In this document: positions 30,060 through 39,730 of the stretch, one piece after another | Position numbering within the stretch: the stretch's first letter is position 1 | Layout of the letters: each line of letters begins with the position of its first letter | Assembly (NCBI GenBank): GCA_026134085.1 | Contig: JAOQIN010000011.1 | Location: 1-42,868, forward strand | Origin: Candidatus Methanoxibalbensis ujae | GTDB taxonomy: Archaea; Halobacteriota; Syntropharchaeia; Alkanophagales; Methanospirareceae | Direction of reading: 5' to 3' | DNA: 42,868 bases | The notes under the pieces: generated by a model | Told to the model about the DNA's origin: nothing | Databases searched by the model: none | What the model saw: the letters and a program-made list of their open reading frames with translations, nothing else | Program-made: the position numbers and the translations under genes

Positions 30060-32735
30060 TCACGAAGCGAGATCTATCTGTGGGTATATCTGTTTGTCCT
30101 TGAAACAGTTGAGTGATATAGCGCTTGATGGGCAGGAGCCCGCGCAGTTACCGCAGCCCATGCATATGCTTTCGTTTACTTTTGCCACTCTTCTCACAAT
30201 GCTTGTGTGAGTTTTGGCGGAGTATGTGATGGCGGGCACGCTCTCCTCAACGAGTTCAATTGCTCTCACAGGACAGACAGTCATGCATGTGCCGCATCCT
30301 GAGCAGGCTTCGGTGTCAACAACGGAAACTGCGCCTCCGCTCTCCATGAACTTTTTTGACAGTATTTCAAGCGCTCTCGCAGCTGCTGCCGATGATTGGG
30401 CGATGCACTCATCAAGCGTCGCTGGAAATATCGCAGAGCCGCACACGAACACTCCTTCTTTAAGGGTGTCAACGGGGGTTGTCCGCATTTTCGGTCGCTC
30501 GTTTGCGATTCTGAAGAAGCCCTTTTTCGTCGGAATGTGCAGCATGTCGGCGAGTCTCTCATTGTCCTCCGCCGGGAGAAGAGGCGTGCTCAGCACGACA
30601 ATATCGGGCTTTATCTGAATTTCATCGTTGAATATCTCATCAAACACGGTTATAATGCCGTTCTCATATTTGGGAGGTTGCTTGTAGCGCAGAAATATAA
30701 CGCCCTGCCGCCTCGCCTCTTTATAGAGGAGCTCCCATTTCCCGTATGTCCTCATATCCCTGTATAAAACGAGCACGTTCTTCGCAAATTTCTTCGCGAG
30801 AAGCGCGTTCTTCACAGCCTCAATACAGCACACCCTGGAGCAGTAGTCCACAGCATCACCCCATCCGACGCACTGAATCATCACCACAGTCTCAGCATCC
30901 AGTTTTCCGCTTGCGAGCATTTTCTCAAATTCAATCTGAGTTTTCACATTTGCATCACTGCCGTAGTTGTAGAATCCGGTTGGTGTGAAAGGACGGGTTC
31001 CGGTCGCGAGTATGCATGCGCCGAATGTTATCTCCCGCTCCTCTCCATCCTTCATTTTTATTCTCGCCCTGAAATCTCCCGGCCTTCCGGAAATCTCAAC
31101 GACCTCAGCACCGGTGAACACAGTTATGCGCTCTTTCCTCCCCTCTATCTCTGAGATCATCCTGTTCAAAATCTCTGATGCCTTCTCACCAGATGGCAGC
31201 ACATCAATCTCGCGCAGATATCCGCCGAGCTCATCGGATTTCTCAACAAGATACACATCATAACCCGCGTCTGCGATGTCAATCGCCGCTCTCATCCCTG
31301 ACACGCCTCCGCCTATCACGAGCGCACTTGCCACAACAGGATATTGCTCAATGACAACTTCATCAAACCGCATCACCTTCTCAACGCCCATCTCTATGAG
31401 ATTCTTCGCCTTCTCCGTTGCATCACCGACATCATGAGAACACTGCTCAAATCCTATAACCTCCATCATGAATGGATTCAATCCCGCGTCTGCACACGCA
31501 GTTCTCAGCGCCTTCTCATATTTGCGAGGTGAGAATCCAGCTACGATTATCCTGTTCACCCCCTCATCAACGGCACGGGAGATCGCACGCACAGCATCCT
31601 CATAGGACTTCACTCCCTCATCCACATACACAACATCCTTGAGGTTGCGCGCATGCTCAACAACCGCTGACACATCTATCGCATCTGATGCGCTGTTTAT
31701 TATGATGCCCGTGCGAGGTTTCTCCTCATATTCATATTCGCGAGCCTCAGGAAGAACACCGTCCCTCTCGCTCATCAATGCCGCTTTCATCGCAGCAGCT
31801 TCTGCAAACGCAACACTTTCACCCACCATCATCGGCGCTCTCGCCGCTCCTCCCACAAATATGCCCTCCACATTCGTCTCAACAGGTCTTTCAGATGATG
31901 TCCGCACGAATCCAAATTCATCACACTCAACACCCAACTTTGATGCAAGCTCACTCATAGTCTTTGATGGCAGCAGACCGACAGCAAGAACGACCATGTC
32001 AAATTCCATCCTTTCCACTGTCCCCTTCTCAAGATCCTCATATTTCGCAACCAGTTTGCCATCTTCCACAATTATCTCAGGAACTCTTGACCTCACATAC
32101 TTCACTCCCTTTCCCTTTATCTCCTCCACAATCTCATCATAACGCTGAAATGTGCGCACATCCATGTAAAATATGCATATATCAACATCAGGATAGCGGT
32201 CCTTCACTATCTTCGCCTCCTTCGCTGTGTATCCGCAGCAAGCTGAAGAGCAAATCTCATTTTGTTTGCATCTTGAGCCCATGCACTTTATGAAACACAA
32301 GCGCTCAACACGCTTTCCGTCAGATGGCCTTTTCAACTCACCCTTCTTCTCTCTCAATATCCTCTCAAATTCAAGCGATGTGACAACATCGGGATGATCA
32401 ATCGCATAGCTCTTGGGGATATCATCAAACACATCATAGCCCGGCGTCAGAACCACACTCGCAACATCAACCTCACGACCTGAGACCCGCAGTTTGAATT
32501 TTCCAGCACCGCCTGAAATTCCCTCCACCTCGCTTGAGAGCATCAGTTCTATGTTTGGATGTGCCTGAACTTCTGCGATAAGCGGCGCCAAACCCATCTC
32601 ACACTCAGCGAGCTCACCCATCTTCCCGCCTAACCTGCTCTCTCTCTCAATCAGATAAACCTTATATCCCGAATTTGCAAGAGTCAAAGCGGAATTTATT
32701 CCTGCAATTCCTCCTCCTATGACAGCAATAGCCAT
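30060..32735 (-). CDS. hdrA: heterodisulfide reductase subunit A-like protein with two FAD modules
   Basis: Two Rossmann motifs (IGGGIAG, IGGGVSG); two cluster motifs (CMGSR...CSSACC; CVGW...CSRVCC); C-terminal 2x[4Fe-4S] ferredoxin (CSGCGTC...CP, CMGCGNC...CP). Confidence 0.93.
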   Translation of the reverse strand: MAIAVIGGGIAGINSALTLANSGYKVYLIERESRLGGKMGELAECEMGLAPLIAEVQAHPNIELMLSSEVEGISGGAGKFKLRVSGREVDVASVVLTPGYDVFDDIPKSYAIDHPDVVTSLEFERILREKKGELKRPSDGKRVERLCFIKCMGSRCKQNEICSSACCGYTAKEAKIVKDRYPDVDICIFYMDVRTFQRYDEIVEEIKGKGVKYVRSRVPEIIVEDGKLVAKYEDLEKGTVERMEFDMVVLAVGLLPSKTMSELASKLGVECDEFGFVRTSSERPVETNVEGIFVGGAARAPMMVGESVAFAEAAAMKAALMSERDGVLPEAREYEYEEKPRTGIIINSASDAIDVSAVVEHARNLKDVVYVDEGVKSYEDAVRAISRAVDEGVNRIIVAGFSPRKYEKALRTACADAGLNPFMMEVIGFEQCSHDVGDATEKAKNLIEMGVEKVMRFDEVVIEQYPVVASALVIGGGVSGMRAAIDIADAGYDVYLVEKSDELGGYLREIDVLPSGEKASEILNRMISEIEGRKERITVFTGAEVVEISGRPGDFRARIKMKDGEEREITFGACILATGTRPFTPTGFYNYGSDANVKTQIEFEKMLASGKLDAETVVMIQCVGWGDAVDYCSRVCCIEAVKNALLAKKFAKNVLVLYRDMRTYGKWELLYKEARRQGVIFLRYKQPPKYENGIITVFDEIFNDEIQIKPDIVVLSTPLLPAEDNERLADMLHIPTKKGFFRIANERPKMRTTPVDTLKEGVFVCGSAIFPATLDECIAQSSAAAARALEILSKKFMESGGAVSVVDTEACSGCGTCMTVCPVRAIELVEESVPAITYSAKTHTSIVRRVAKVNESICMGCGNCAGSCPSSAISLNCFKDKQIYPQIDLAS

Positions 32736-32793
32736 TTCTCAACGCCTCCTTTATTCAGAAGATCACTTCACCTTCACTTCACACTTCACCTGA

Positions 32794-33657
32794 TCACTTC
32801 ACCTTATCAAGCACGCGCTTGGGAGATACTATCACCTTTCCAAGGCCAAGTTTTCCCTCAGATATTCCGAGTGCGAGACCGAGAAGCTGTGTGAAATAGA
32901 GCACGGGTATCCTGTATTCCTCATTATACTTCTCCTCTATGTCCTGCTGCTTGGCATCCAGCATCATCTGACAGAGAGGACATGCCACAGAGATGCAGTC
33001 AACATCAGCACGTTTTGCCTCATCAAGTATCATGCGAGTCATAGCATACGATATTTCAGGATTGAACATCATCAGGCCACCGCCACAGCACTTCGCCTTT
33101 CGCCTGAAATCCACCACCTCAGCACCTGCTGCCTCAAGAACGCGATCCATCGCAGTCGGGTCATCAGGGTCATCAAAGGCAGCATTTGAAGGTCTTCCGA
33201 TAAAACATCCGTAATATGGTGCGACCTTTATGCCGAGATTCTTCTTCACCTTGCTCTTTATTTTTTCCTCTCCAACATCATTCGCAATCACATCAAGTAT
33301 ATGACGCACATTCAGCGTTCCTTTGTAGTCCAGGCTTGCATCTATCTCGCTGATTTTTTTTCTCAATTCCTCGTTTTCCTTCAACTCTACATTTGTCCTT
33401 GCGAGGTTTATATAGCATGCGTTGCATGCTGCGACAACATCCAGTCCCTTTGTTCTCTCTCCTTTCTCAGAGAGCGCAAGTGTTCTCGCGTTAAGCGCAT
33501 ACAGGAGAAGTCCAGTAGCCTCCAAAGCCCCGCAGCAGTTCCAGTCCTCAATTTCAATCAGCTCTATGTCAAGCTCCTCACACACAGCGTGCACGGACAT
33601 CTCATATTCCTTTGAAGTTGTGTGGGCTGTGCATCCCGGATAATATGCATAACGCAT
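32794..33657 (-). CDS. hdrB: heterodisulfide reductase subunit B
   Basis: Two CCG domains: YYPGC, WNCCG, ACNAC; YYGC, KCCGG, ACPLC. Confidence 0.96.
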   Translation of the reverse strand: MRYAYYPGCTAHTTSKEYEMSVHAVCEELDIELIEIEDWNCCGALEATGLLLYALNARTLALSEKGERTKGLDVVAACNACYINLARTNVELKENEELRKKISEIDASLDYKGTLNVRHILDVIANDVGEEKIKSKVKKNLGIKVAPYYGCFIGRPSNAAFDDPDDPTAMDRVLEAAGAEVVDFRRKAKCCGGGLMMFNPEISYAMTRMILDEAKRADVDCISVACPLCQMMLDAKQQDIEEKYNEEYRIPVLYFTQLLGLALGISEGKLGLGKVIVSPKRVLDKVK

Positions 33658-33687
33658 TATATCTCACCTCTGTCCACTAACCTCAGT

Positions 33688-34314
33688 CTACTGTCGCCCC
33701 TCCGCGGTCTCAGCAGCCTCAGCAGCGATCTTCTCCTCATGTTCTCTGATCTTCTCAAATATCCGTGCGATCTCCTCTCTCCTTCTTATTTTATCTGGGA
33801 GGAGAGCTGTCTTTCCTTTGAGGAACAGGGCCATTCCGAGTCTCCGGTAATCTTTCATCATCTGAAGAATCCTTCCCTTGTAGAACTCACGCATCAGCCC
33901 CATCTCATACTGTCTGCCATATTTCCTGACCTGATTCAGGAATGCATGTGCGAAATCGGGCCTTCTGCTTCTTATCTCCAGTTTTCCTTTTTCAGCTTCC
34001 CTCTCAGCGATCCTGTGAATGGCACCCATAACCTCAGAGAAACGGACATCCTGCGGACACCACTCACGACATATCTGGCATGATGCGCAGAACCATATCT
34101 CCGGTCTTGAGAGGACCTGAGAACGAAGTCCGAGAATGCTCATCTGTATGACTTTTCTCGGATTATATTCAAAGCCTAGCTCCCTACCGACCTCGGTGAC
34201 AGGACAGCCGAGCGTGCATGTGGAACACTGATAGCAGTTCAGCAGATTCTCACCGCCGGGCTCTCTCATTATCTCATATTTGAAGTCCGGGTCTGTCTCC
34301 TCCCATCTGATCAT
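33688..34314 (-). CDS. hdrC: heterodisulfide reductase subunit C
   Basis: CYQCSTCTLGCP, IWFCASCQICREWCPQDV. Confidence 0.95.
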   Translation of the reverse strand: MIRWEETDPDFKYEIMREPGGENLLNCYQCSTCTLGCPVTEVGRELGFEYNPRKVIQMSILGLRSQVLSRPEIWFCASCQICREWCPQDVRFSEVMGAIHRIAEREAEKGKLEIRSRRPDFAHAFLNQVRKYGRQYEMGLMREFYKGRILQMMKDYRRLGMALFLKGKTALLPDKIRRREEIARIFEKIREHEEKIAAEAAETAEGRQ

Positions 34315-34355
34315 TATGCACCGCCTCCTTATGCACCGCCTCCACCTCACTGCAA

Positions 34356-35417
34356 TCAACGCAGATATTCCTCATACTCCTCCTCCTTGTATGTGGTGAG
34401 CGGAAGAGGCTCCTCAACGCTCTTTCCCGGCTCGTAGTCAAACATCTCCTGCACCTTCGCAGCGACCATCGGATATATTTTCGTGAGAGGAATCTCGCTC
34501 GGACACGCATCCTCACATGCACCGCAGCCAACGCATGTCGTGCACACATGATAAAGCCTCGTGAGATGATAGAACATCTGAACGGGCGATGGAACCCTGA
34601 GAACACCTCTCAACTCAGCAAGGTTGAGCAGATCACCTCCCTTCACATCACCGAGCGGCTGCTCAAAAAAGCACACCTTGCAGTAACAAACAGGACACAT
34701 GTCACGACAGTTCTTGCACAGTATGCACGATGCAAGCACATCATCAAGCTCCTCCACACTGCTTATGCGGGCGATCTCAGATTCCCTCTTCTTCGCTTCC
34801 TCCGCTATTTTTGCACGCTCACCCTCACGAGACACATCTTTGTCCTCCACAGCGAGTTCAATCGCCGAGATCGCATCCTCTCCCTTCTGTGATAGCGCAA
34901 CTATCTGCACCTTATCCGAATCAACACGCGCAATTCCGATGTCTCCATATTCCGCAAGCCGCTTGTCGCATATCTGACACGCTGTCCGCAGCTCAACTCC
35001 TTTCTTCCTCAGATCATCAACCTTTGACGCATCAAGCACATCACCGATCTCATCTGTATGCTCCGCATAGTCCTTCAGATTATACGCACCTGCACAGTCC
35101 ACACTGATCAAAAGAACGCTTTCAGGCGATATCTGCTCGAGCTTTATGAGCTCAATCGCCGCCCTTATCTCACATGGCTTCGCAACAATCCCCATCTTCT
35201 GCTCTATCGTCCATCCTTTCGCAATGTTCGCAGCACTTATCCCGAAAACTGGCACAAAGAGAACAGGTGAGCCCATTTTCTCGGGATCCCTGATAAGCAT
35301 GTACGTCACTGTTTTGCCCACCCTGAAAGGCAGCATCAGGCAGTCCACAACATTCTTCGCCAGAAGCTCCTTCAGAAAACCTTCCAATTCATTCACTCCA
35401 ATTTCAGCCACCTTCAT
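34356..35417 (-). CDS. FdhB/FrhB-family subunit (putative F420-interacting) with C-terminal 2x[4Fe-4S]
   Basis: VAKPCEIRAAIELIKLEQ, ISVDC, LRTACQIC, CILCKNCRDMCPVCYCKVC, CVGCGACEDACP. Confidence 0.85.
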   Translation of the reverse strand: MKVAEIGVNELEGFLKELLAKNVVDCLMLPFRVGKTVTYMLIRDPEKMGSPVLFVPVFGISAANIAKGWTIEQKMGIVAKPCEIRAAIELIKLEQISPESVLLISVDCAGAYNLKDYAEHTDEIGDVLDASKVDDLRKKGVELRTACQICDKRLAEYGDIGIARVDSDKVQIVALSQKGEDAISAIELAVEDKDVSREGERAKIAEEAKKRESEIARISSVEELDDVLASCILCKNCRDMCPVCYCKVCFFEQPLGDVKGGDLLNLAELRGVLRVPSPVQMFYHLTRLYHVCTTCVGCGACEDACPSEIPLTKIYPMVAAKVQEMFDYEPGKSVEEPLPLTTYKEEEYEEYLR

Positions 35418-35830
35418 AGGCGTCCCCTCAGAGGATTTGGTCCCAACTTCCTCACATAATCCACCATATCCTTCATAGTCCTCGCAAACTTCTCACCCTC
35501 CGCTGCTGATATCCACTCAAGCCTCACACGGTTGTCAAGCCCAAACTCCTTCAGTATCCTGCGCATCGCCGCAATCCTGCGCCTCGTGTAGTAGTTCGCT
35601 TCAATGTAATGGCACTCCCCCGGATGGCATCCTCCTATGAAAACGGCATCCGCTCCATTTAACAACGCACGAAGCACGAACATCGGATCCACCCGTGATG
35701 AACACATCACCCTGATTATCCGTATGTTTGGCGGATACTTCATACGAGATGTGCCCGCAAGGTCTATCGCCGCATATGTGCACCAGTTGCACGCAAAACC
35801 CACTATCTTCGGCTCAAACTCATCCGCCAT
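35414..35830 (-). CDS. mvhD: MvhD [2Fe-2S] adaptor subunit
   Basis: FEPKIVGFACNWCTY, IRVMCSSRVDP, GCHPGECHY, WISAAEG. Confidence 0.96.
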   Translation of the reverse strand: MADEFEPKIVGFACNWCTYAAIDLAGTSRMKYPPNIRIIRVMCSSRVDPMFVLRALLNGADAVFIGGCHPGECHYIEANYYTRRRIAAMRRILKEFGLDNRVRLEWISAAEGEKFARTMKDMVDYVRKLGPNPLRGRL

Positions 35831-36297
35831 TTGCTCTCCCAAAAGAAAACAGGCATATTTAAAGCTTTTTGTTTTTTGCGCATGTCCTCCCCGCTTGTTT
35901 TCCGTTTCCTCCTCCCCCTTCATCCCCGAGGGCTCAGCTTCTCATTTCTATATTCATCAGAGTCGGAGAGTCGGAAGGAGCGATGCCATCTCCTCATAGT
36001 CTGCTGCACCTGAGATGCAATAAATAATAATAAATAATAATAATAAAAACAATACTGAGCCAGTGTGTACACGCTATCTCCAATTGCTTCATCCTGCATC
36101 TGAACAACTTACTACAAAATCCATTCAGCCCGCTCGATGAATATCTGCAGCAGAAACATAACATAAAATGACATGCACAGATTCCCAAATAAATTCAGCA
36201 AATCCATGTTTGCTGATGGATATTCAGAATGGTGGAAAGAATGGTGGAAAGTATCTCCCCTTCAGAGAAAATAAAGATTTCCTCCTCACTTAAGGCT

Positions 36298-37536
36298 TTA
36301 AGGCTGGATGAAAGGGTCAGATCGGGGCTGATAACTCAACAGATGAACGATCACCTTTTCGCCCTTCTCAACACCCTCTTTCTCGTCTTCAATGAGGATG
36401 TATCCGTCCGACTTTGTCATGCTTGACAATATGCCCGAACCGCTCAGGCGAACAGGGGATGCATATATCATATCATCGCTCTCATACAACCTCACACGCA
36501 CGAAATCAGTTCTGCCTGCTGAAGAGGGTATGTTTCTCGCAGCTATTGCGGGAATTTTCATGCAGGTGTCGACACCACACATCAAAAAGGGCTTTACTAT
36601 CAGTTCAAACGCGGATATCGCAGCCACAGGATATCCGGGAAGCATGAAAACCGGTTTATCGCGGACAACCGCGAAGCCGACAGGCTCTCCCGGGCGAATT
36701 GCGACTCCGTGAAAAATGATATTGCCTCCCATGTTCTCAAGTGCATCTTCAACCAAATCTCGCTCACCAACCGAGCTGCCACCTGTCATGAGAAGCACAT
36801 CACAGCTTCTCAGCGCATCTGAAATCGCCACTTTCAAACGCTCAATTTCATCGGAAACAATTCCCAGAAGCTCAGGACGCGCAATTGATGAGAGCAACGC
36901 AGAAAGCACATAGGAATTTGAATCGGGTATCATCCCACCTGATCGCTCACCACCTGATCGCTCACGGCGCTCACGCGGGTCAAAAATCTCATCACCTGTT
37001 GCAAGTATCCCGACCTCAGGCATTTTACGCACTTTAACCTCAGTTTTGCATATAGATGCAAGCAATCCGATATCATAAGCATTCAATATTTTTCCGGATT
37101 TTATTATAATTTCACCCTTTTTCACATCTTCTCCCTTCAAAGACACATTTCTGCCGGGAGGAGTGGGCATAAAAACATCTAAAATCCCTTTGTGCTCCTT
37201 TGCATGTTCGAGCATTACAACTGCATTCGCGCCATCTGGCATTTTCATACCTGTCTGTACAGGCATGTATTCGCGCTCACGCACAAGACCTGATGCTCTG
37301 CGCAGTTTTATGGGATTTTCAGGAGAAGCGCCGAATGTGTCCTCCCCGCGCACTGCATATCCGTCCATCGCAGCCCTGTCAAAAGGAGGCACATCATGCG
37401 GTGAGCGAACATCCTCCGCAATAACCCTTCCAAGTGCTTCGTCAAATGCAACTGTCTCATACTCAGCAGCGCATTGCGCGATCGGCATTATTCGGCTGAG
37501 CGCATCTCGTAGTGAGATGAGCATCTTTGCCCTCAC
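36298..37536 (-). CDS. moeA: molybdopterin molybdotransferase
   Basis: PPFDRAAMDGYAV, TGMKMPDGANAVVMLE, ATGDE, TGGSSVGERD, LPGYPVAA, SGILSSM. GTG start after GGGGGTGA; ORF is open to 37596. Confidence 0.95.
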   Translation of the reverse strand: MRAKMLISLRDALSRIMPIAQCAAEYETVAFDEALGRVIAEDVRSPHDVPPFDRAAMDGYAVRGEDTFGASPENPIKLRRASGLVREREYMPVQTGMKMPDGANAVVMLEHAKEHKGILDVFMPTPPGRNVSLKGEDVKKGEIIIKSGKILNAYDIGLLASICKTEVKVRKMPEVGILATGDEIFDPRERRERSGGERSGGMIPDSNSYVLSALLSSIARPELLGIVSDEIERLKVAISDALRSCDVLLMTGGSSVGERDLVEDALENMGGNIIFHGVAIRPGEPVGFAVVRDKPVFMLPGYPVAAISAFELIVKPFLMCGVDTCMKIPAIAARNIPSSAGRTDFVRVRLYESDDMIYASPVRLSGSGILSSMTKSDGYILIEDEKEGVEKGEKVIVHLLSYQPRSDPFIQP

Positions 37537-37621
37537 ACGATCACCCCCTCGCCCGTTTTTTATCTGCGGGGAGTTTGTGGTTTGTGTTGTGAGCACATCT
37601 CATGTCATGCATGTCGGTTGC

Positions 37622-38104
37622 TCACCAGGCCTCCTCAAGCCTCTTTCCGCCACGCAGGCATATTGAGACAATTCCCTTTTTGCTCAATCGCTTTCGCAGT
37701 GATTCATCCATTGTGAGAACAGCTGCTTTCTCGCGCAGCGCAAGCTCAATTATGGCATCATCAGTGCTCTTCGCCCTTTCACCCGTCGCTTTCTCATGGC
37801 TCATAGCCCCATCATCATGCTCTCGCTGCTCGGCATTGCAGATGTCACGCAGCACACTCACGCGCAAAGCGCTATATGGCATCTCATTCTCATATTTTCT
37901 CAGAATGGAAATTGCCACATTCAATGCTCTCTTCTCTCTTCCCTTAAGCCCCTTCCGACGAAGCCGCTCAAGCTCCGCCACAACCTCCGCAGGCACGATG
38001 ATCTCGGTGTATCCGAGTCGCTCAATCTCTGAAAATATGTCAACTCCGAAGATCTCGGGGATGAAAAGCGCATTCGTGTCCAGAATGACCTTCCTCGGTC
38101 TCAT
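37622..38104 (-). CDS. PIN-domain protein (archaeal Fcf1/Utp24-like)
   Basis: VILDTNAL, VVAELERL, DDAIIELA, VLTMDESLRKRL. Confidence 0.85.
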   Translation of the reverse strand: MRPRKVILDTNALFIPEIFGVDIFSEIERLGYTEIIVPAEVVAELERLRRKGLKGREKRALNVAISILRKYENEMPYSALRVSVLRDICNAEQREHDDGAMSHEKATGERAKSTDDAIIELALREKAAVLTMDESLRKRLSKKGIVSICLRGGKRLEEAW

Positions 38105-38206
38105 CTCTCCACACTCTCAATCCGCATCAACATCACTGCTGCATATCACACACTGCATATCACACATCATCATAAATGAGTTGTTCATATGGAATGGAGG
38201 CGTGAA

Positions 38207-38920
38207 ATGCGATTTCCCGCGAGATACTCAAGCGGCTGCAGGAGCATAGATGAGCTGCTGGGCGGGGGATTTGAGTCGGGAACGGTGACGCAATTATACG
38301 GAGAGGCGGGCAGTGGAAAGACAAATATATGCCTTCAGACAGCCATAGAGTGTGCGAAAAACGGCAATATCGTCATCTTCCTCGACAGCGAGGGCTTATC
38401 ACCCGAGAGGTTCTTCCAGATTGCGAGCGCATGTGGCGGCGATGTTGAAGAAATCGCACAGCGCATATTCGTTTTTGAGGCTCACAGCTTCAAACAGCAG
38501 GCTTCATGCATCGCTGAAGTAGAGAGGATGATTCAGGAAAGAGCAAAGGCGAAAAACGGCAGGATAGCTCTCGTCATCCTCGACTCGGCGACTGTGTTCT
38601 ACCGCCTCGAACCTGATGAGGAAAGAAGCATGCTTATGCGCAGGGAACTTGCATCGCAGATACTTCATCTGCTTGAGATCGCCCGCAAGTATGATGTCGC
38701 GGTTATAATCACAAATCAGGTATATATGGATGTGGAAAACGGAAAACTCCGTGCTTCAGGTGGACTTGCCCTCGAACATCTTTCAAAAATCATAATTCAA
38801 CTTGAAAAAACAGGGGAGGGAAGACGCCGCGCAATATTGAAGAAGCACCGCTCAATGCCTGAAGGGCTCTCATGTGAGTTTATTATAACGGAAAACGGTG
38901 TTGAGGACATCAAAAAATGA
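38207..38920 (+). CDS. radB: DNA repair protein RadB
   Basis: IDELLGGGFESG, Walker A GEAGSGKT, DSEGLSPER, ITNQVY, RadB-specific KHR; no N-terminal RadA domain. Confidence 0.96.
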   Translation: MRFPARYSSGCRSIDELLGGGFESGTVTQLYGEAGSGKTNICLQTAIECAKNGNIVIFLDSEGLSPERFFQIASACGGDVEEIAQRIFVFEAHSFKQQASCIAEVERMIQERAKAKNGRIALVILDSATVFYRLEPDEERSMLMRRELASQILHLLEIARKYDVAVIITNQVYMDVENGKLRASGGLALEHLSKIIIQLEKTGEGRRRAILKKHRSMPEGLSCEFIITENGVEDIKK

Positions 38921-39086
38921 TAATGACTGCCTATTGTCAATACTCAGTCCATACTTCATCAGGAGGCTCGCTGAGCGAATATTAATGCTTCTCGGTGAAT
39001 TGCAGGGAGAGGGAGCGGGAGAATCTCACTCGTTGTGCATAAAACCGAAAGGTTTTTTTTAGATTATCGTGAGATTGGAAGAATAA

Positions 39087-39644
39087 ATGGAGGCGAAACT
39101 GATTGCTGGAATTGCAGCTGCAATAATTGTGATTGGAGCGATCGCAGGAGCGTTTATAGCACTGGCTCCTCCACCCTCTCCTGCACCTTCTCCCACACCG
39201 GCGCATTCACCAACTCCGACACAGAGGCCAACTCCTACGACCACTCCAACTCAGAGACCAACGCCAACACCTATGACACTGAGCTGTGATATGTGCCATG
39301 ATCGTGAGCGCACAGCTGCCTTAGATGCACACACGAAGGGAGGATACCTGATAAATGGGAAGCCCGGATGCTTTGACTACGAGAATTTAGGAGGCTGCCA
39401 CGGCGGTCCTAATGCAACTGTTCACACAGTTCACGCAGGCGTCGTGGGATGCACACAGTGCCACGGCAGCCCTGAACCGCATATACCCGAGAAAGGACCT
39501 GGAAACACAACATGTGAGCAATGCCACGGATATCCGAACTCTTTGGAGCCCTACACAAACCTCGTTGACATTCACCTGAAACGAGGAAAGCCCTGCACAG
39601 TATGTCACAGAGGTGAGATCTCAGAGATACACGGCATGAAGTGA
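39087..39644 (+). CDS. membrane-anchored multiheme cytochrome c with Pro/Thr stalk
   Basis: N-terminal TM; PSPAPSPTP...TPTP linker; CDMCH, CTQCH, CEQCH, CTVCH, plus a CX8CH (CFDYENLGGCH). Confidence 0.88.
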   Translation: MEAKLIAGIAAAIIVIGAIAGAFIALAPPPSPAPSPTPAHSPTPTQRPTPTTTPTQRPTPTPMTLSCDMCHDRERTAALDAHTKGGYLINGKPGCFDYENLGGCHGGPNATVHTVHAGVVGCTQCHGSPEPHIPEKGPGNTTCEQCHGYPNSLEPYTNLVDIHLKRGKPCTVCHRGEISEIHGMK

Positions 39645-39730
39645 AAATGAAAAATGATATTTTATTCCTATTTTTTGTTTTTTTTGTTTATTTTAACCCG
39701 GTCATATTCCACAGAGTTTATTCCACAGAG

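Noticed and set aside
30060..35830. Selenocysteine or pyrrolysine recoding in hdrA/mvhD
   Set aside because: The ORFs are uninterrupted and use Cys codons at the cluster positions.
37622..38104. VapC toxin of a toxin-antitoxin pair
   Set aside because: There is no upstream antitoxin ORF (radB is divergent), and the sequence fits the housekeeping Fcf1-like PIN group better.
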